A DNA stretch of 64,000 nt, taken from Chiloscyllium plagiosum (lineage: Eukaryota). The translations under genes and the position numbers were made by a program. The notes under the pieces were generated by a model that was not told the DNA's origin, searched no databases, and was given only the letters and a program-made list of their open reading frames with translations. This document shows positions 60,743 through 64,000 of the stretch, piece after piece (within the stretch, counting starts at the first letter, position 1; the number at the start of each line of letters is the position of its first letter). The DNA lies in contig NC_057751.1 in the NCBI RefSeq assembly GCF_004010195.1, positions 1,897,305 through 1,961,304 of the forward strand, in the 5' to 3' direction.

Positions 60743-62911
60743 TGATGTTAATGAGTCAGTTGCTTGGAACAGCCTGAGACAGAATTCTCTTCAGTTAGAG
60801 GAGTCAAATATTGGGCAGTCCACATCCCATTCTGACTTTTCCTGCCTGGAGGCTGTTTTGCTTCTGGAATGAGAAAGATGCAAGTATTATGGGAGATGAA
60901 AATGGGTGGTATAGCTGTTACTTTGTGTGTAGGTTGAGAGGTGTCATGAGTGACTGAATAGGTAACATGGAAGGTTTGTAGAGCTAGTGTAGTCAAGGGT
61001 TGGAGTGCGTAACAGTGAGTGACAGAAGTTGCAGTTGACAGTGAGAATGGGAGAGTGAGGTGGGTGCTGTGAGAGACAAAATGAGTGAGGTATTGGACGG
61101 AAGATTGTGGCACCTACACTGGCGAAGCGGAGAAGGACATGAAGCTTTTTCCAACAGTGCTAAGGAAGTCAGACAACTGAGACTGTCCGAAGCTGGGTGG
61201 CAATTTGAATCAGGTTAGCATGGTCTTCTTGTGCTGCTGGCCTTTGAAGGGGTGGGGTGGTGGGGTGGGGTGGGGTGGGTGGAGATGATGTCCTGCATCT
61301 GCACCATTTTGTCCTGCAAGACCTACCCACAAAACAGGGAACTAATTTCTTCCCGGTTACCGTGTTTGGAGCAAATGTCTGGAACCATGGTAGAGCAGCT
61401 CTGGATTAACAGCTCTTGTCTAGGTGGATAACAGGCTTTAAAAAATGGCACTGACTCAAGGGACAATGGCTTTTCAGGAGATGCCTGGTGAGTGGCAAGT
61501 TGTTCAGGAAACTGCTCTGGTAAGCTGGGACAAAATTGGGCATGAGGCATGCTATGGGTAAGGTTAAATAGTTACAGAGGCATGTTTGGTAAGATACAGC
61601 AAGGAAATTGCTCCAGGCCTCCCAGTGAGGATCCCTTGAAAAAATTCAACTTAACATCCATTTAGCCTAAAAAAATTATGATGCACCCTAATTTTTTTCA
61701 ATCAGAATCTAGAGTTGTATCACACTTCAAATAAGCACTGTTGCTGGAAATAGAAGTCAAGAATGAAATGAATATGCAATCAAGGAGAAAATCATCGAGG
61801 AAGTGGTTAAAGGTATGGAGGGTGGCAGGAAACGTGGATTTTGTTGGCTTGTTTTAGAGGCCAGGGCAAGGCCTCTAGAAGGCCGGACCAATGATGGGCA
61901 TAACGGTCTTCTCGGGGAAGTATGCATGAGTAAAAGATCAGCTAGAGGGAATGGAGTCAGGAAACTGAGTGTAATCGATAGAGAGGTTCCAACAATCCAG
62001 GAAGAACCTTGAAATCAGGTGACTGGTAGGTGGAGAGTTTGGGGAACCTTGGCATGGAGAAGCATGATAGGGTTGCAGAATGGTGCTGGGGTTCTTGGCA
62101 AGATGATAAGACTGACATTCCAGGAGAGTGAAGGTTAGTGACCAGACCACAGCCAGTGATAAAGGCATACATCTGTCTTGGACTGCGTTATTTAATACAA
62201 GTGAAGACATAAAAAAACAGGTATTAGGATGTTTCTTAAAGTGTTCTTAAAGTGCTATATATTCTTTGGAGAAGGAAATGAATCTTTCTAATCCAGGAAG
62301 TCCCTAATTTTTGATTTTCTTCAGACTTCTGGTCCAACTTAAACATGCGTCACACTGTGATAATTTTGAAAAGTTCATTGACGCACAGCAGAAAAGGATT
62401 CCTACGGGGGAAGCTCTTCTTGAACTGAGGACCTGGCTAACTTTGGCTAGATATCCCTTGGATCTGTCCACATGTGAAAATCAAATCTGCAGGTCTCCCA
62501 CTTATGTAATCAGGACAGACTGTTTAACTCTTGAGTGAAAGGGCAATGAGGGATGGACAACAAATGCTCAACTTGCCAGCACACACACACCCCATGAAAA
62601 GATAATCAACCTTCACCTCTTCTCAAGACAATTTCCAAAGATCAGTTCGATTGTTTTGAGAGATTTGAAACAGTTTTGATCTCCAAATCAAATCTCATGA
62701 AGGAGTAAAATATCAAGAAGTTAAAAAGGAAGAATGTTTCACAGAGATGTGCTATGCTATTTTTGCACGAACTAATCTGAGTTTGTATATTTCCCAGAGG
62801 CTAAGGACATAGTTCAGACACACATAATGGAGAGTTCCATGAGACATTAATGCACTGACTGAAACATTTCACCATACGTTGAAATATTTACCAAAACAAT
62901 ACAAGTTAAGA

Positions 62912-63160
62912 GTTTGTGCGAAGATTTGTAGCTTAGGTGCTCGTTGTTGTGGCAACATGGACAATCCAGAGCTGCTCTACATGTTAATCCAGAGCTGCTC
63001 GTTCGCCGAGCTGGAAGTTTTTGTTGCAAAAGTTTCGTCCCCTGGCTAGGCGACATCATCAGTGCTTCGCAGGAGGCTCCCAAGCTCTGATGATGTCGCC
63101 TAGCCAGGGGACGAAACGTTTGCAACAAAAACTTCCAGCTCGGCGAACAGAACCACAACG
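62912..63160. mobile_element. Young palindromic Penelope-like mini-element with 11-bp TSD
   Basis: 63001-63062 and 63087-63148 are inverted with one mismatch; TSD ACAAGTTAAGA at 62901-62911 and 63161-63171; related to the 10497/11892 termini. Confidence 0.9.
63084..63123 (+). ncRNA. Minimal type-I hammerhead ribozyme motif, sense to the GFRA pre-mRNA
   Basis: GCU-CUGAUGA-U-GUCGCCU(AGCC)AGGGGAC-GAAA-CGUU-UGC; the antisense twin has a perfect stem I (GCA/UGC) but CUUU in place of CGUU. Confidence 0.7.
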
Positions 63161-63694
63161 ACAAGTTAAGAATTTTATTCCAGTAATGATGCTGCACTAT
63201 ATGATGGAAAATCATTGGGACCACTGTTAATCACACTCAGCCTGATAAATGAAAATCCATATCTTCACATTCCAGGATAAGATCATTTAAAATCATCAAC
63301 CAACATACATATGAACATTTTTGTTGATTTGTTCAGTTAACTGGAATGTTCTGTTCCCCAGGTAACACCTGGGTGAAGTCTTGAATTTTAATTTCTCATC
63401 TTAGTTATCAAATGCATCCAACTCTTTGCCTCTCCATAACTGCAATCTTCTTCTACAATTCCATGAGATATCTGTGACTTTCTCATTCTGGTCTGCCACT
63501 ACTGTTCATCTGAAACAATATCTTCTTAGATGGGTGGGTATCATATTTTGCTTTGAAATGCTCCTATTAAGTGCTTTAGAATTCTTTATCAAGTTAAAGA
63601 TATAATTTCAATCTAAATTGTTGTTGTCTTCATTAGGCACCCCATCGCCCTTCACCACCCTCCCAGCCGAAACCTCTCACACCAGCTTGATACA

Positions 63695-64000
63695 TGTTAC
63701 AAAATGGAGGTGAACCCCTCTGTTAATTAAACCAGACACCCAGAAAAGCTCACCTTGCTTTCATAATCTGTTAAAATATGACTGACAGAGAACTCCCAAA
63801 TTCCACTATTGAAAGAAAATAACAAGAATTAATTTCTTAACTCTAAAAGTGAACATTAAACAACTATTCACAACTCTAAGTCACCCTTTCTCTTAACTGC
63901 TTGTTATCTGCCTCCAACTCTATAACAATATGCTGTTCCAATAAGACATTTACTAAAATTACATCAACTTAATTTCAAAACTACACAGTTATTGTCTTCT
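63695..64000 (-). mobile_element. LTR related to 42976-43600, running off the window end
   Basis: Starts TGTTAC; CCTCCAACTCTATAACAATATGCTGTTCCAATA resembles the reverse complement of 43341-43370. Confidence 0.6.

Noticed and set aside
61249..61282. (GGGGT)n potential G-quadruplex
   Set aside because: Simple repeat with no supporting evidence of function
60840..61500. Possible decayed DNA-transposon remnant
   Set aside because: No terminal repeats or convincing protein motif identifiable by eye

Overview
Vertebrate genomic DNA, almost certainly from an elasmobranch (shark), judged by HE1-type SINEs, HER1/CR1 LINEs and DeuSINE-type elements. Roughly half or more of the window is decayed retroelement sequence, so nearly all tracked ORFs are LINE fragments or noise. 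The only host gene I can support is the 5' end of a GDNF family receptor alpha (GFRA2-like) gene on the + strand. It has a CpG-richer, repeat-poor promoter region (~38.2-39.3 kb), a 40-nt signal-peptide coding exon (39345-39384) and a 300-nt cysteine-rich domain-1 exon (42293-42592). I found no further exon before the window ends. The most interesting non-genic signal is about 20 minimal type-I hammerhead ribozyme motifs (CUGANGA...GAAA...UH), in at least five sequence families and mostly degraded. They sit in Penelope-like retroelement termini, usually inserted as inverted pairs, and three such insertions have 11-15 bp target-site duplications. One such element has captured an inverted copy of neighbouring genomic DNA. 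There is also an independent 57-bp locally templated inverted insertion, two LTRs of one family, a SINE-derived 33-bp minisatellite, and several datable nested insertions. Repeat family names and boundaries are by eye and approximate unless a TSD or splice site fixes them.
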